Assembly (NCBI GenBank): GCA_965215885.1
Contig: CBDCEW010000093.1
Location: 62,801 to 126,800, forward strand
Source: Candidatus Moanibacter sp.
GTDB lineage: Bacteria > Verrucomicrobiota > Verrucomicrobiia > Opitutales > UBA2987
Length of the DNA stretch: 64,000 nucleotides
Direction: 5' to 3'
Positions 1-11,117 of this stretch are shown here, piece after piece. Both the position numbers and the translations under genes were made by a program. Under the pieces are notes generated by a model. It did not search any database. It was not told where the DNA came from and saw nothing but the letters and a program-made list of their open reading frames with translations. Numbering within the stretch: the first letter of the stretch is position 1; each line of letters opens with the position of its first letter.

Positions 1-105
1 GAAGATTTTCCCCACTATTCAATCCTGAGAAGAGTAGGTCGCAAAGAGGCACAAAAATCGCAGAAAATGTCGTATCGTAACGAAGAGGCGAATTAAGATA
101 GTTCA

Positions 106-339
106 ATGCCAATAGTATTTCAGAAGGACGGTTACAGGTTCTTCTTCTACAGCAACGAACACAGGCCGATTCACGTTCACGTACGCTACGGCGGTGGAGA
201 AGCCGTTTTCTACGTCGAAAGTGCCGTGGAGTTACGGGAATCCCATGGCCTAAAACTCAAGGAGCTATCAAGAGCCCAAAGGCTTGCAAAAGAGCACCAA
301 CAGCTTATTATTCAAAAGTGGCATGAACACATTGATTGA
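106..339 (+). CDS. DUF4160 family protein (DhiT-like putative toxin)
   Basis: 77 aa; GYRFFFYSNEHRPIHVHV motif and C-terminal W-x-E-H typical of DUF4160; overlaps the next gene. Confidence 0.85.
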   Translation: MPIVFQKDGYRFFFYSNEHRPIHVHVRYGGGEAVFYVESAVELRESHGLKLKELSRAQRLAKEHQQLIIQKWHEHID

Positions 340-577
340 CACTGCACGCACTGCCTCAGTCCGCGATGGGCAGGTAATCATCTCTATGTGCAGCGGGGCT
401 GAACTTCGGTTTCCAGTGGCGGAGAATCCCCGTCTGGCAAAGGGAACGCCCAAGCAGTTGAACAATCTCGAGCTTTCACCGTTCGGAATTCATTGGCCTG
501 ATCTCGATGAGGATCTCTCATTTCGAGGGATAGCTAACGGAGACTACGGGCAACGGAGAGGCCAACGTTCCGACTAG
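323..577 (+). CDS. DUF2442 family protein (DhiA-like putative antitoxin)
   Basis: ATG at 323 is in frame with ORF 284..577; PRL...GIHWPDLDEDLS signature. Confidence 0.85.
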   Translation: MNTLIDTARTASVRDGQVIISMCSGAELRFPVAENPRLAKGTPKQLNNLELSPFGIHWPDLDEDLSFRGIANGDYGQRRGQRSD

Positions 578-1282
578 ATGAGCCCACCTGACGTGCCGAG
601 TTAAGCCTCTGTTTGAAAGTCCGAATCAGTGCACCCCTTTTGTTCCGCATTGTCAGAGGTGGACCGGGACGGCTCTTTCGAAAAGCCCGGATGTTCATAG
701 AAGTGCCAGCCGTCTTGGCCCCGCCGTACAGCTTCCCTCTTCGTTCCGCTAAAAGCGCAACACAAAGTCGGAATGTGCTACTCAGCCAACGCTCCAAGCC
801 CATTTCATGAGTGCCAGCCACAAAAAGGCACAAAAAGCGCAAAAAAGGAATGTGAAATCATTCCTGAACGCCAACTCTTTCATTACTAACCATTTATCAC
901 CCGCCCTTAAGAAGCCGTTTGAAATGATAGGGGTTTTAAACTCCTGATCACCGCCAAGGAACAGTGGGATGGCTACCGCATCAGCCGGCTAATTCTTTGC
1001 GATTCCTTTACCACCGGGGGCTTCCCCATCGTCTCGCGCTGAGCGGGACTTCCGCCTTCCTCAGCATCTTGCGGCTTCCTCCCCCATCCGTTACCCTTCT
1101 TTAATCCGTAGCCAGAATCCTCCCGTCCCATCGTCACGAACAATCCTGGCTTCCTCTCTTCTCTTTGCGTCTTTGCGACTTTGCGTGAGAAATCTTTCAC
1201 TTCCTCATCCGTTGCCCTTCATTTCCCGGCTTCCCGGAATTGCCAAACTTCTCCTCGTGAGTATTGAACGGGCAAGCGCAAA

Positions 1283-1305
1283 TCGCTCGCGAGCGAGCTT
1301 CCTAC
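1283..1305 (-). repeat. GTAG-type REP arm (GTAGGAAGCTCGCTCGCGAGCGA) of a REP doublet interrupted by an IS
   Basis: Identical 23-mer at 7213..7235; GTAG followed by a GC-rich palindrome. Confidence 0.65.
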
Positions 1306-1325
1306 CCTCACCGTATACCGGTCTA

Positions 1326-3241
1326 GACCTTATCCGAAAAGCTACTGATTGGCCGCAAAGAGGCGCAAAAGGCGCAAGAAAAACTTGAGAAAAATCATTT
1401 TTTGGCTTGATAAAAAGTGTCGCAACATGCTAGTGTTTAACAACCTAAGATTAAGAAAGGAGTTAAACATGCCAACATGTGCGACAGAGGAGAACAAAAG
1501 CGATAAGACGCCCCTTAGCAACCTCATTCTGCCGGTTCCAGACACGGATTTCCGTGATTTTCTGGATGAAGTTGAAGAATTGCCGGGTTCGCGGCGCAAA
1601 TCATCGAGGCGATCGAGAAGGATCTGGACGCCCATGCGCGTGAGAAGAAGAAACTTCGATTGGAAGATCGAAGGTTCTTTGAAGGGCGCACAGCGGAGCT
1701 GCCGGAGCTGGACATCGAGGAGGAGAATATTCTGGCTGCTGAATTGAATCTTGGGGCAGGCCGGCCGCGGATGCCGGCTTATGCGGTATACGTGTTCGTG
1801 ATGCTTCGAGGGTTTCTGGGTTCGTTGACCACGAAACCGGCACGGCGGTTTGTGCGCGAGTCGATGAGCTTGTACGGATTTTTGCAGAGCGGGGGACTGA
1901 GAATGCCGGCGGTGACGACGATTCTGGAGAACGTGAACCTGGTCAGCCATACGACCCGCGAGTTGATCTTTGATAAACAGATTGGGTTTATCCTCCAGGA
2001 GCAATGGGACGATTTCGGGAAGCTGACGATCGACAGCACCTCGGTGAAAGCAAACAGCTGCTGGCCCACCGATGGGAAGATTCTGAGCGGTCTTTTGATG
2101 CGGGCCAATCGTTTGGGTCAGAAGTTGCATGTCTTCGGGCTGGAGGATTTTCGCAAGGGATGGGTTGGGCGTTGGCTGGAGGAAATGGACAAGCTGGAGT
2201 TTCAGATTTGTCTGGCCGCGGGCAAACCGAAGTCGAAGGGCAAGCTGAAGAAACACTACCGGCGGTTGCTCAAGCGGGGCCGCAAGGCGGCCGACTCACT
2301 AACGGGGGAACTGAGCCATCTTGAAGAGGGCCTGTCGATGGATTCACTGCCTCCCACTCGCCGGGAGCTTCTGGAGCGGGCATTGAGCCAGATCAGGGGC
2401 GATATTGCCGACGCCAAGCGGGTTGTTGAGTATGCTCATGATCGGGTGTTTCACGAAAAGAAGCTACCGTCCACACAGAAGGTCCTGAGCCTCTCGGACG
2501 GATCGGCGGCCTACATCAAGAAGGGCAGCCGCAATCCAGTGATCGGGTACAAGCCACAACTGGTTCGCAGCGAAAACGGTTTTGTCACCAGCCTGATCGT
2601 ACCGCAAGGCAACGCGGCAGACTCCATTGAGCTGGCGCCGGCCATCGGCGATTCGATCAAGCGCACCGGTGTCATTGCTGAACTGGTCAGCACCGATGAC
2701 GGATATGCTTCGGCGAAGGGACGCAAGGAGGTGCTGAGCATGGGGGTAAAGCAGATCAGTATCAGTGGGGCGAAGGGCAAGAAGTTGACCACCCCCGAGG
2801 ACTGGGAGAGCGAGGCGTATCGCGAGGCACGCCGCGATCGCTCCGCAGTGGAGTCGCTGATGTTCACGATTAAAGATGGATTTGCCTTTGGCGAACTCGG
2901 CCGCCGCGGCATCGATGCGGTAGGCGATGAACTGCTCGAGAAGGTTCTGGCCTACAACTTCTGCCGCATCATACTGATGAAGAAACGCCGAGGGGAGGAA
3001 CTGGAACAGGCAGCCTGAATCTGACCGCTTTGAAGCTCAGAGAAAAAAGCACCACGGGATGAGTATGCCTCCAGACAGCGGCAAATATACGTATTGTGCA
3101 GCAAGCCACGCCGATGGCCGCTCAATACCTGCTCATCGGCAGCGCCGGCAGCCTAAAACCCGAAACCTGCCAGCCATAGGCTGGTCCGCCCGTGGCGGAG
3201 AACCTTAAACCGCCCGCTCGAAAGGCTTTTCGAATGGGGTC
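1326..3241 (+). mobile_element. Insertion sequence, IS5/ISNCY-like, copy 1
   Basis: Ends GACCTTATCCGAAAAGC / GCTTTTCGAATGGGGTC (imperfect IR); GGTCTA duplicated at 1320-1325 and 3242-3247; near-identical to 34607..36506. Confidence 0.85.
1469..3018 (+). pseudogene. DDE transposase (IS5/ISNCY-like) with a 1-bp deletion near 1582
   Basis: AAGGAG RBS and ATG at 1469; DSTSVKANSCWPTD, KKGSRNPVIGYK and TDDGY motifs; lacks one G relative to copy 2 (GAATTGCCGG vs GAATTGGCCGG). Confidence 0.85.
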
Positions 3242-3548
3242 GGTCTAGGGAGCGCGCCAGGCTTCTCGATCAAAACCAGCCCTGCTCTCTTGTCCGATTA
3301 GAAACTCGATTGAGCTTTCCTCCTTCATCGATCGACAACCCCATGGAACAGTGGGATGGCTACTGCATCATTGGGCAATTTTTCCCCGGTTTCTTTTCCA
3401 CAATGGGCTAATCGTCCTCCGCTGACCGCCGCTTCACTTTCCTCACTGGGTACTGGGCTCTGAATATTGAACACTGCTTACCCATCATTCGCGCCTATCC
3501 TTCGATCTTGCTCAGGACAGGCCGGGCATAGTGGTTTTATCCACCTTT

Positions 3549-3623
3549 CGAAAAGCTCTCGTTTTCCGCTACTGATAAGGCGCAGATTTCTCAATGATCG
3601 TAGCGGAAAGCGGGAGCTTTTCG
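3549..3623. repeat. REP doublet, GTAGCGGAAAG family
   Basis: CGAAAAGCTCTCGTTTTCCGCTAC ... GTAGCGGAAAGCGGGAGCTTTTCG inverted arms; sibling at 30630..30694. Confidence 0.65.
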
Positions 3624-3716
3624 TGCATTTCGGATGCAACCATCCTTAGCATCGCGTAGCCGCGCCGGCAACGGCGCGGAACCAGGAATCGGTAGGACCC
3701 AAGGTCCGCCGGATTC

Positions 3717-6700
3717 CTAACGAAGTCGAATCAGTACTTTGGCGAATCCGCCGATTGTACCCTCGATAGTCAAGCCTAGGATGTCCACAGAAGGACAGCC
3801 AACGTCTGCATTACCGAAATTTCCGCAGCCCCCCCACATCTTCTCCCGCATCAATATTGCCCTCCGTTTTGGTCATTACTATTCCCGCTATCGCAACAGT
3901 TACGGGCAAGTTTCCACCTGCTACATCCTCCACCGTAACGCCGATCGCATCAGTACCAGGATCTGGATCTGTTGCGAACGCCCTCCCTGAAGCATCAATC
4001 GCCACTACAGAGCCGGCATTCATTCCTTGAGTGGAGGTCAGAGTCACCGCCACATATCCCTCAGAATTTGCATTTCCGTTACCGAGGAGGACATTCGTCG
4101 TAGAGGTCTCCCCGGACACATCCAAATCTTCATCGACCGTAATGACAGTGCCGGAATCTGAATACAAAGTGGGATCGCTAAGCGAGAGGTCAATGGTGAG
4201 ATCTCGTGGGTTCGAATTCGCGATAAAGGAGAGGGAACTCGTGGACGTCGTGTTGTCGATTTTGATGGCGCCGGCGAGAGAGAGATCGTCTCCAAATCGG
4301 ATCAAATTCCCCCCATTATCCACGGTACCTTTCAAAGTGATCGAGTTGCTGGGAGTCGTCCCCAACTGCGTGTCGCCGTCGACCACGAGACTTCCATCCG
4401 TGGAAAGTCCGACATCGGTCGAATTCGGCATCAGTACATCGACCCCGATCAGGGTGTCGGTACTACTCGCCGTCACCCCCTCGAGATCCACAACGATTCC
4501 CGTCGACGTGGTGTCATTATTGCCCGTCGTGTAATTCCCGTTCAGATCGACTTCAATGGCGGTGACCGAACCGGAAGTATTGTGGTCATTGTTTCCAGTA
4601 ACGACGATGATCGATCGCCCGTTGGCGCCGGTTAATACCGTCGATGAAGTCACCTTAAGGTTGGGAGATGCAGAAGAGCCTCCGTCGTCGTCGATTTCGA
4701 CCCCGGTATCTTCGAAGGCAGTGATGCTGTTTCCTTTTACAAACGCATCCTGGAGATCCACGGACGACCCAATAGTCACCGAGTCCGAGCCCGAACTGCC
4801 CGAAATTGTAATTCCCGACCCCTGCAAAAACGAGAGAATATCACTCGCGCCGTCGGCCACGGGATCGGTCCCAAGGGGTACACTGATCGTTTGAAAGAGG
4901 TTCTGTTGCACCGCGGCCGAGGAGATCGCCATGTCGAAGTCATTCAGCACATTCTGCACATCAGTATTAGCGGAATTGTCGAACTCATCCTTCACCCCAA
5001 TCAGTCCAGCTCCTGTAGTACCTACGGTTGATCCCAGCTCTGTTTCCGTGAAATAGCTGCCGTCATGATGGTGCAGCGCGGAGGCGTCTGTACTACCGGT
5101 TAGAGTAGAGACGTCGCTGGCCACGAGGTCGTCGTCGTCGCCGGCGGCGCCGAAATCGACCGTGCCGACGTTGTTGATACCGTTGCCCTCCAAATCGAGA
5201 TTGTTGGAAAAGACCGACGCTCCAGCGCTGAGAATGCCGCCTATGGTTACGTCCCCGTTCCCCTCGATGGACATCACCTCATTTAACCCGTCCGGATCCC
5301 GAGTGAAAAATCTGAGGGTGCTGAACTCTGAACCGGGTGACACCTCATCGAGCGTCGCCACGATCTCCCCAACGGCTTTGTCGCTTCCGGCGCTGTTTTG
5401 TGTCATCAGGAGAATTCCAGTCCCGATCCCGTCAGCAGCCATCGGGCCGCCAATTTCATGCGAGAGGGTCAAGACGTCGGTGACACCAGCAGTGTTCATA
5501 TCATATTCGATCACCTCAAGCGTTCCGTCGATCTCCGAACTGGCGTTGAGCTTGATTGTCGTATTCGAGGCGTTGAGGTTAATGTCGCCATTGAGGGCGT
5601 TGAGGTCGAGGTTACCCCCGTCGCCCGCCGAAACTGCGATCCCGGCCGAACCGGTGAGATTGCCGCCGATGTTAAAGATGTCATTGCCGTTCATATCGAT
5701 ATCGCCGTGAAAGATGGAGACACCGGGCATATTGATCCCGACCACGAGCGCCCCGGTGAGGGTGAGGTTTCCGGCCCCGTCCAGGACCATCGCTTCATTA
5801 AATCCAAAACCGCCCAGTCGTGTGAAAAAACTCAACTTGCTGTCAATGGAACCAAACGACGCATCGGTCGCCACTGCCTCAATCCGCCCAATGGTCTCAC
5901 CGGTCCCGAAATCACTCTCCGCATCAAACCGAAGCGCCACGCCGATGCCGTCGTCGCCATTGCCGCTGTCGACCTCGTGACTCAATTGCGCGACATCGAC
6001 CACGGTATTATTTTCAGCGACACTGGATACCGCCGTGAGAAAAATAGTCGAGCTCGACGTGGCCAGTGTTATCGAGCCGAACGGCGCGTTCACGTTGATA
6101 TCGTCGTCGGAGCTGAGGGTGAGCGTATTGCCCGACCCTGTCGCTGAGACGCTCAATCCCGCGTTGCCGGTAATATTTTCGCCTGCGTTGGTAATGTCGT
6201 TCCCGTTCATATCGAGCTCGCCCATGAGAGACGTGTCAGCGTTCAGGTTGATGGTCGTCACCGAGGCATTGAGATTGATGCTGCCGTCGAGAGCGTTGAT
6301 GTTCACGTCGGAGAAAGAGGAACTGATCTTGACCTCGCCTTTGGCCGTCACGATGACCTTTCCGTCGGCATCCATCGTGAGGTCACCTCCCTCTCCGTCC
6401 CCGGCCATGAGCGCCAGTGAACCGTTCTCCGACTGAACTGATGGAGTCCGGAGTGTTCCTGAAACGCTGACCGTATTGTCAAACGTGTTGATGTTCCCGG
6501 TCCAGTTGTTGTCGTCTGCCAGTATTCCGAATTCAGAGGAGTCGAGCCCGTCCAACTCCTCGGCGTCGCCAACGGATCCGTCATCATCCGTGTCGTAAGT
6601 CTCCTTATCGAGAAAATCACTCGAAGCGCTGCCTTCCAATGTCGCGGCATCTCCCGCTACCTTGGCGAAGAAGGCACGCCCCAACAATGCGATGCGCTGA

Positions 6701-7113
6701 TCGGGAGCGAGCTGCTCATTTCCCCCACCCAATTTGTCGTCGAACCAGATGCGCAGAAAGAGAATCGGGTAATCGGTAAATACGGAGTCCGAAATCGGAT
6801 CCTGGCCGGAATCACCCAGAAGGATGGAAAACAAACCTTTCGTCACCTGGAGGGTGACAGCGTTCATCGGAATGAAACTTCCATCGAGCGGTGAATTGCT
6901 CCATTGGATGGTCCCGGTATCATCCACCAGGGCAAAACGAAAATCGGCCATACCGTCGAAGTTATTGCCGTCGCTCCCAATTGCCCGCCCCTGATAGGCG
7001 ATCACGTTTTCCACCGGCGTCGGTGCCTTCAAAACGCCGACAAAAAGCAGCGTTGTGAGACCGACCGGTAAGGCGACTGTCTTTAAACTAACGCATAGCA
7101 TTGAAGTCTTCAT
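3717..7113 (-). CDS. Large secreted acidic tail-fibre/adhesin-like protein; probable frameshift in a C7 run at 3829-3835
   Basis: Signal-like N-terminus; YQGR...FRFAL...GLFSILLG...LRIWFD head domain; internal LDMNGNDI and LSHE repeats; removing one base extends the frame to TAG at 3717. Confidence 0.7.
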
Positions 7114-7212
7114 TTTTTCTCTCCTGAGTTGATCTGGTTAATTGTGTACATTAAAAGATGCATGGGATTTCGGACCGGATATTTGCGAATTCGGTAACGC
7201 CATAGTTATCAG

Positions 7213-7273
7213 TCGCTCGCGAGCGAGCTTCCTACTCTCACAGTAACCAAGCGTAGGAAGCGCGCGCGCGCGA
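7213..7273. repeat. Intact REP doublet, GTAGGAAG family
   Basis: TCGCTCGCGAGCGAGCTTCCTAC, 17-nt spacer, GTAGGAAGCGCGCGCGCGCGA. Confidence 0.65.
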
Positions 7274-7502
7274 ATCTTCTTTCTATTCCGACACTCTATA
7301 CTACTAACTTGAAAATGCTCGTTTTCTTGAGAAGAAATTCCTCAACCGAATATGTAACCCATTGATGCTCAATAGATTTTATTCTGTTCCCAAGAAGAGA
7401 TTGTAATGGCTAAGAAACCTCAATGGATCGCAGAATTCTCGGATGGCACAGGCAGAGCCCTTCCGATTTATTCCCCTTCTCGTAGAGTCTGCTGTACGGA
7501 AG

Positions 7503-7608
7503 ATCCGCGGTTTTCTCAAATACATGTTCAATTCCTCTTCATTCGCGTCCATTCGCGTTCATCTGCGGTTCTCTTCTTCTTTTTGGGCTGCGGCTTCGCT
7601 GCGCTAGG
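7503..7608 (+). repeat. Dispersed ~110-140 bp intergenic repeat family B
   Basis: ATCCGCGGTTTTCTC...TTCATTCGCGTCCAT...ATCTGCGGTTCTCTTCTTCTTT...GCGCTAGG; inverted copies at about 9063-9200, 56664-56785 and 63763-63880. Confidence 0.75.
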
Positions 7609-7765
7609 GCCCTTTCCGCTTCCTTGGCAAGACGCATCCCGCTCAGCGGGAGGAGACAGCCCGGTGATCTCTGTGGCCCCTCTTCAATCCCAACCTCCTA
7701 ATTCCCTCTCCTACATCCTCCGAAGCTTTAGCGAAGGAGGACATTCACTCTTCGTGGACCTGGGC

Positions 7766-8833
7766 CTACTCAGGAACAATCTCATTCTGCAACAGCACCT
7801 GCACCCGCATAAAGCGCTTGTCGGCCGATTGCACTGATATGAAGTCCTCGTAGCTCACTTCGACGAATCCATCCATGTCCGGCGTAGTCCCAAGACTTAC
7901 GGGAGATAAATCTGTCCAGCTGCCTGAAGCCAAATCCCCGTTGACCTCGACAATATACGTAACGGCCGCGGGAAAAGGCCGACGAAGAAAGGTAAGGGTG
8001 AGAAAATCCTCTGTCGATGATCCGCTTACTTCCCCCTCCAGACTCATGGTCCCCATCCCGCCAAACATCGGCTGCGGGATCTTATCCCATCCCGAACTCG
8101 GAGCTGTCGGATCGCTCCCAAGGGCAAATTCAAATCCATTTGGCAATCCGTCGTTATCGAAATTGATAAAGGGACCGGCGTCAGCCGGGTCGGCCGGAAT
8201 GCCGAAGAATCCCTCCTGCCAGCTGTTCGGCAAAAAGTCGCCGCCGATTCCACCGGATAGATCGTTCAGGACTTTAACAAGGAGCGAACCGGAGACCATT
8301 GCCCCCGATCCATCCGTGTAATCGGCCATCACGACGGCATCCGTGTTCCCGGTCACCGTGCCTGCTACGGCAAGCCCGTCTGCCGTAACACCCAGGATCG
8401 GACCCGAATCGACACTCCAGGTCACCGCATCATCGTCCAGAGGCAGGGTCGTATCGTCGTCCATCAGCTGATCCGCCTCGAGTTCCAACGTGTCCTCTTC
8501 GTTGACCTCCGGTGGATCCGCCAGCGGGTCGGATGTGATCTTCACACCGGCAAGATCGTAGAGCTGGCCGGCGAAGCCGTTCTTAACAGTGTAAATCGGC
8601 GTGCCATCTTCGGAGATGCCGACCGCGGTGTCACCGATCGAGGAGTCGATCGTGTAGGGGCCGCCGGAGCTGGTACCCCCGCTGATCCCTATCCCCTGCA
8701 CCGTGATTTCGTAGGGGCCGCCCGACGGAAGTTCGCCGAAAGTGGGACTCCAACAAAGCAAAACAATCAGTCCGATTGTGCCTCCCCCGAAAAAGTAACG
8801 AATAGTGCGACGTAGCAATCTCCTGTGGTTCAT
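7766..8833 (-). CDS. Secreted protein with GG-Y N-terminal module, Ig-like middle region and a PVC-type C-terminal (putative sorting) domain
   Basis: Signal peptide; GGPYEI...GGTSSGGPYTI...IG; DNDGLPNGFEFALGSDP; LTLTF..YIVE..DL..W...RFMRV terminus. Confidence 0.7.
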   Translation of the reverse strand: MNHRRLLRRTIRYFFGGGTIGLIVLLCWSPTFGELPSGGPYEITVQGIGISGGTSSGGPYTIDSSIGDTAVGISEDGTPIYTVKNGFAGQLYDLAGVKITSDPLADPPEVNEEDTLELEADQLMDDDTTLPLDDDAVTWSVDSGPILGVTADGLAVAGTVTGNTDAVVMADYTDGSGAMVSGSLLVKVLNDLSGGIGGDFLPNSWQEGFFGIPADPADAGPFINFDNDGLPNGFEFALGSDPTAPSSGWDKIPQPMFGGMGTMSLEGEVSGSSTEDFLTLTFLRRPFPAAVTYIVEVNGDLASGSWTDLSPVSLGTTPDMDGFVEVSYEDFISVQSADKRFMRVQVLLQNEIVPE

Positions 8834-9530
8834 AATAAGCTTGATATCAGATTCAAAGCTGAAACGAAAGCCTTAATTTTGCCTCGATCCCCCGAATCGC
8901 CAACCTACTTCTTGCGCCGCAAACAAACTCTTTGATCTTTCCGCGCTGAAAAGATTTGAACAGAAGGAAACCCCTTCGGCGGGGCTCAGGGCACGAGAGA
9001 GAAACGAAGAGGGATAAGAGAAGAAGAGTAGCCCATCCCGGCGCCCCGGGACTCCCCAGTACCCTAGCGCAGCAGAGCCGCAAAAAAAAGGAATAAGAGA
9101 ACCGCAAATGGACGCAAATGAACGCGAATGAAGAGGAAGGCACCACGGATTCGAGAAAACCGCAGATTTGATGAAGAGGGATTCCCAACGGTTCGACAGG
9201 CTCACCCCGAACTCATAAACAGTGAGGAGATTCTTGATCGAATCGAGAAGGCAACTCGGAATACCCTGGTAACCTTGTCCCGAACCTTTTCGACCCCACT
9301 ACCTTGATTACCAACATGTTACACTCCAAAACGAGTTCAAAAAACTAAGTTCTGACGGATAGTACCGCGGATGGGAGAAAATGGAGCCAAGGAAGCGATA
9401 ATTGGTTAGATCGCAGGAGAGAGCAGAGCGAAGCTCGGTTAACGGGTTTCCTTGCGTTAATCGCAGGCCCTAAAGGCAGGTACTACGACCCTGCTGCGAT
9501 ATCGTAACGGGAGTTTATGACACCCGCAGG

Positions 9531-9569
9531 ATCCGTGGTACTGCGGAGCTCCCGGCGCGCCGGGATGGG
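9531..9569 (+). repeat. Short dispersed palindromic repeat family C
   Basis: ATCCGTGGTACTGCGGAGCTCCCGGC(G/T)CGCCGGGATGGG also at 26328..26366; degenerate inverted copy at about 9032-9063. Confidence 0.6.
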
Positions 9570-9719
9570 CATTTTCGCTAAGCCCGAAGGCCCGTCTGAC
9601 CACTATTCAAGGGTAGGAGCAATACTTTGCGCCTTCGCGTCTTCTCGACAGGGTGTAGTGCAGCTGCGCGCGTCGAAGCCCGTTACATGAGAGTTTTCCC
9701 TCTCTCTCTCGCATCCCGC

Positions 9720-10520
9720 TCACACTTCCTTCTTCCCCAACTGCTGCTCGTGGAAATAGCGGATACAGGTCACAAAGGCCTCTCGGTTATCCATGTGCAC
9801 GAAGTGGCCGGCATCGCGAATGGTGGAAAGGACGTAATTGGGAAAATGCACCGCGATGGAGTGACGATCACGATCGAGAATGTAATTGGACAGTGCCCCT
9901 CGCACAAAGAGGGTGGGTCCTTTAAACTGTTCATCCAGGTGGAGCGGATTCTTGGAAAATACAGGCACATACTCTTCCAGAACGGCCAGCGGGACTTGCC
10001 ATTTGAAGCCGCCGTCCGGCTCACGGGCCAGGTTTGTGAGCAGGAATCTTCGCAGGGTCCAGTTTTCTATCCGCGAGGCCAGCGCTGCTTCCGCCTCCGC
10101 TCGATTCTCCAGCCCGTCGAGATCGAGAGCGCTGAGGGATGCGAGCACATTTCTGTGGAGAGGAGGATAATCCTTTGGAGCCACGTCGACAACGATGCAG
10201 GTATCGATCCAGTGTGGATTACGGCAGCTGTAAAGCATAGCTACCCTCCCGCCCAGGCTGTGTCCCAGGAGGATAATCCGGCCGAGCTTCTGTTTGTCGA
10301 GCCAGAGGGCGAGATCATCGACCATGTCCTCAAATGTCATCGACCCGATATGGGGTGAGGCGCCGTGATTACGTAGATCGAGCGCGAAAACCTCGTAGTC
10401 TTCAGCCAGCCTCTTTCCCGCTGCCTGCCAATTGCGGGATGAGCCGAGAAGCCCATGCAAGATTACCAGGGGCGGTTTCCCTTCCCCTCCGAAGTAGCGG
10501 TATTCCAGTTCAACAGGCAT
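9720..10520 (-). CDS. Alpha/beta hydrolase, YbfF-like esterase
   Basis: HGLLGS, DLRNHG, GHSLGG and AGHFVH motifs; ATG at 10520 is the likely start. Confidence 0.88.
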   Translation of the reverse strand: MPVELEYRYFGGEGKPPLVILHGLLGSSRNWQAAGKRLAEDYEVFALDLRNHGASPHIGSMTFEDMVDDLALWLDKQKLGRIILLGHSLGGRVAMLYSCRNPHWIDTCIVVDVAPKDYPPLHRNVLASLSALDLDGLENRAEAEAALASRIENWTLRRFLLTNLAREPDGGFKWQVPLAVLEEYVPVFSKNPLHLDEQFKGPTLFVRGALSNYILDRDRHSIAVHFPNYVLSTIRDAGHFVHMDNREAFVTCIRYFHEQQLGKKEV

Positions 10521-11117
10521 CGAGGATGTGGAGTGTGAGAGTGAAAGCGTAAAGTGAAAGGTGCGCGCAATGCGAGTTTCGGATTTCGAACGGGGACGGG
10601 CAAGTAGGTCGTAATAATGGAAGTGGAAATTTAGCTGGGAATAGAAGAATACACAATTGGCAAAGAAAGACAAGCGCAAGGGATCCAAGCCGTCGGATTT
10701 CGGGTATCCGGGGCGCAAAGATCAGGGAATGCCCCCTCCTGCGCTAAAGCTACGGAAGGTGTACGCTAAAGAAGCGAAATTCCGCAAAACATTCTTTTCG
10801 GAAAGAATCGATGGATTATAGATAATTAGGGACAGGCAATCTATACGATTCAGGTCAATTTGAACAAAACATTTTAAATATGAACAGTGCGACTAGAATT
10901 AGTGGACGTAGAGCTATGTATCATTCGGCACCAGCCCGGTACACTGGTTTTCCGCCCTAACAGATCCATCTACCCCCGGCGCACCGCGAAACGGACACTG
11001 GATACTGGTCATTTCCATTTCTCCATTCTTCAACTTTTCAACCCTTCTTCCCCACTTTCCTGTTGCCAAAAAAACCCGGAGCTAATCAGATTTCGCCATC
11101 CGCGATCGCGGCAGCAG

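Noticed and set aside
1342..2256. Long antisense ORFs (also 38579..39568, 50857..51900, 57414..58472, 58983..60056)
   Set aside because: They are shadow frames opposite well-supported genes in GC-rich DNA.
7406..7837. ORFs over intergenic repeats (also 8853..9205, 24404..24893, 30097..30843, 56566..57074, 63708..63902)
   Set aside because: They are translations of repeat families A/B and microsatellite arms, with no protein-family motifs.
3717..8833. Prophage tail region
   Set aside because: Both proteins have signal-like N-termini, and no terminase, capsid, portal or integrase genes are nearby.
10887..11117. 77-aa N-terminal extension of MutS
   Set aside because: MutS similarity begins at MARKKSNITPMM (11118); the upstream GTG start is unsupported.
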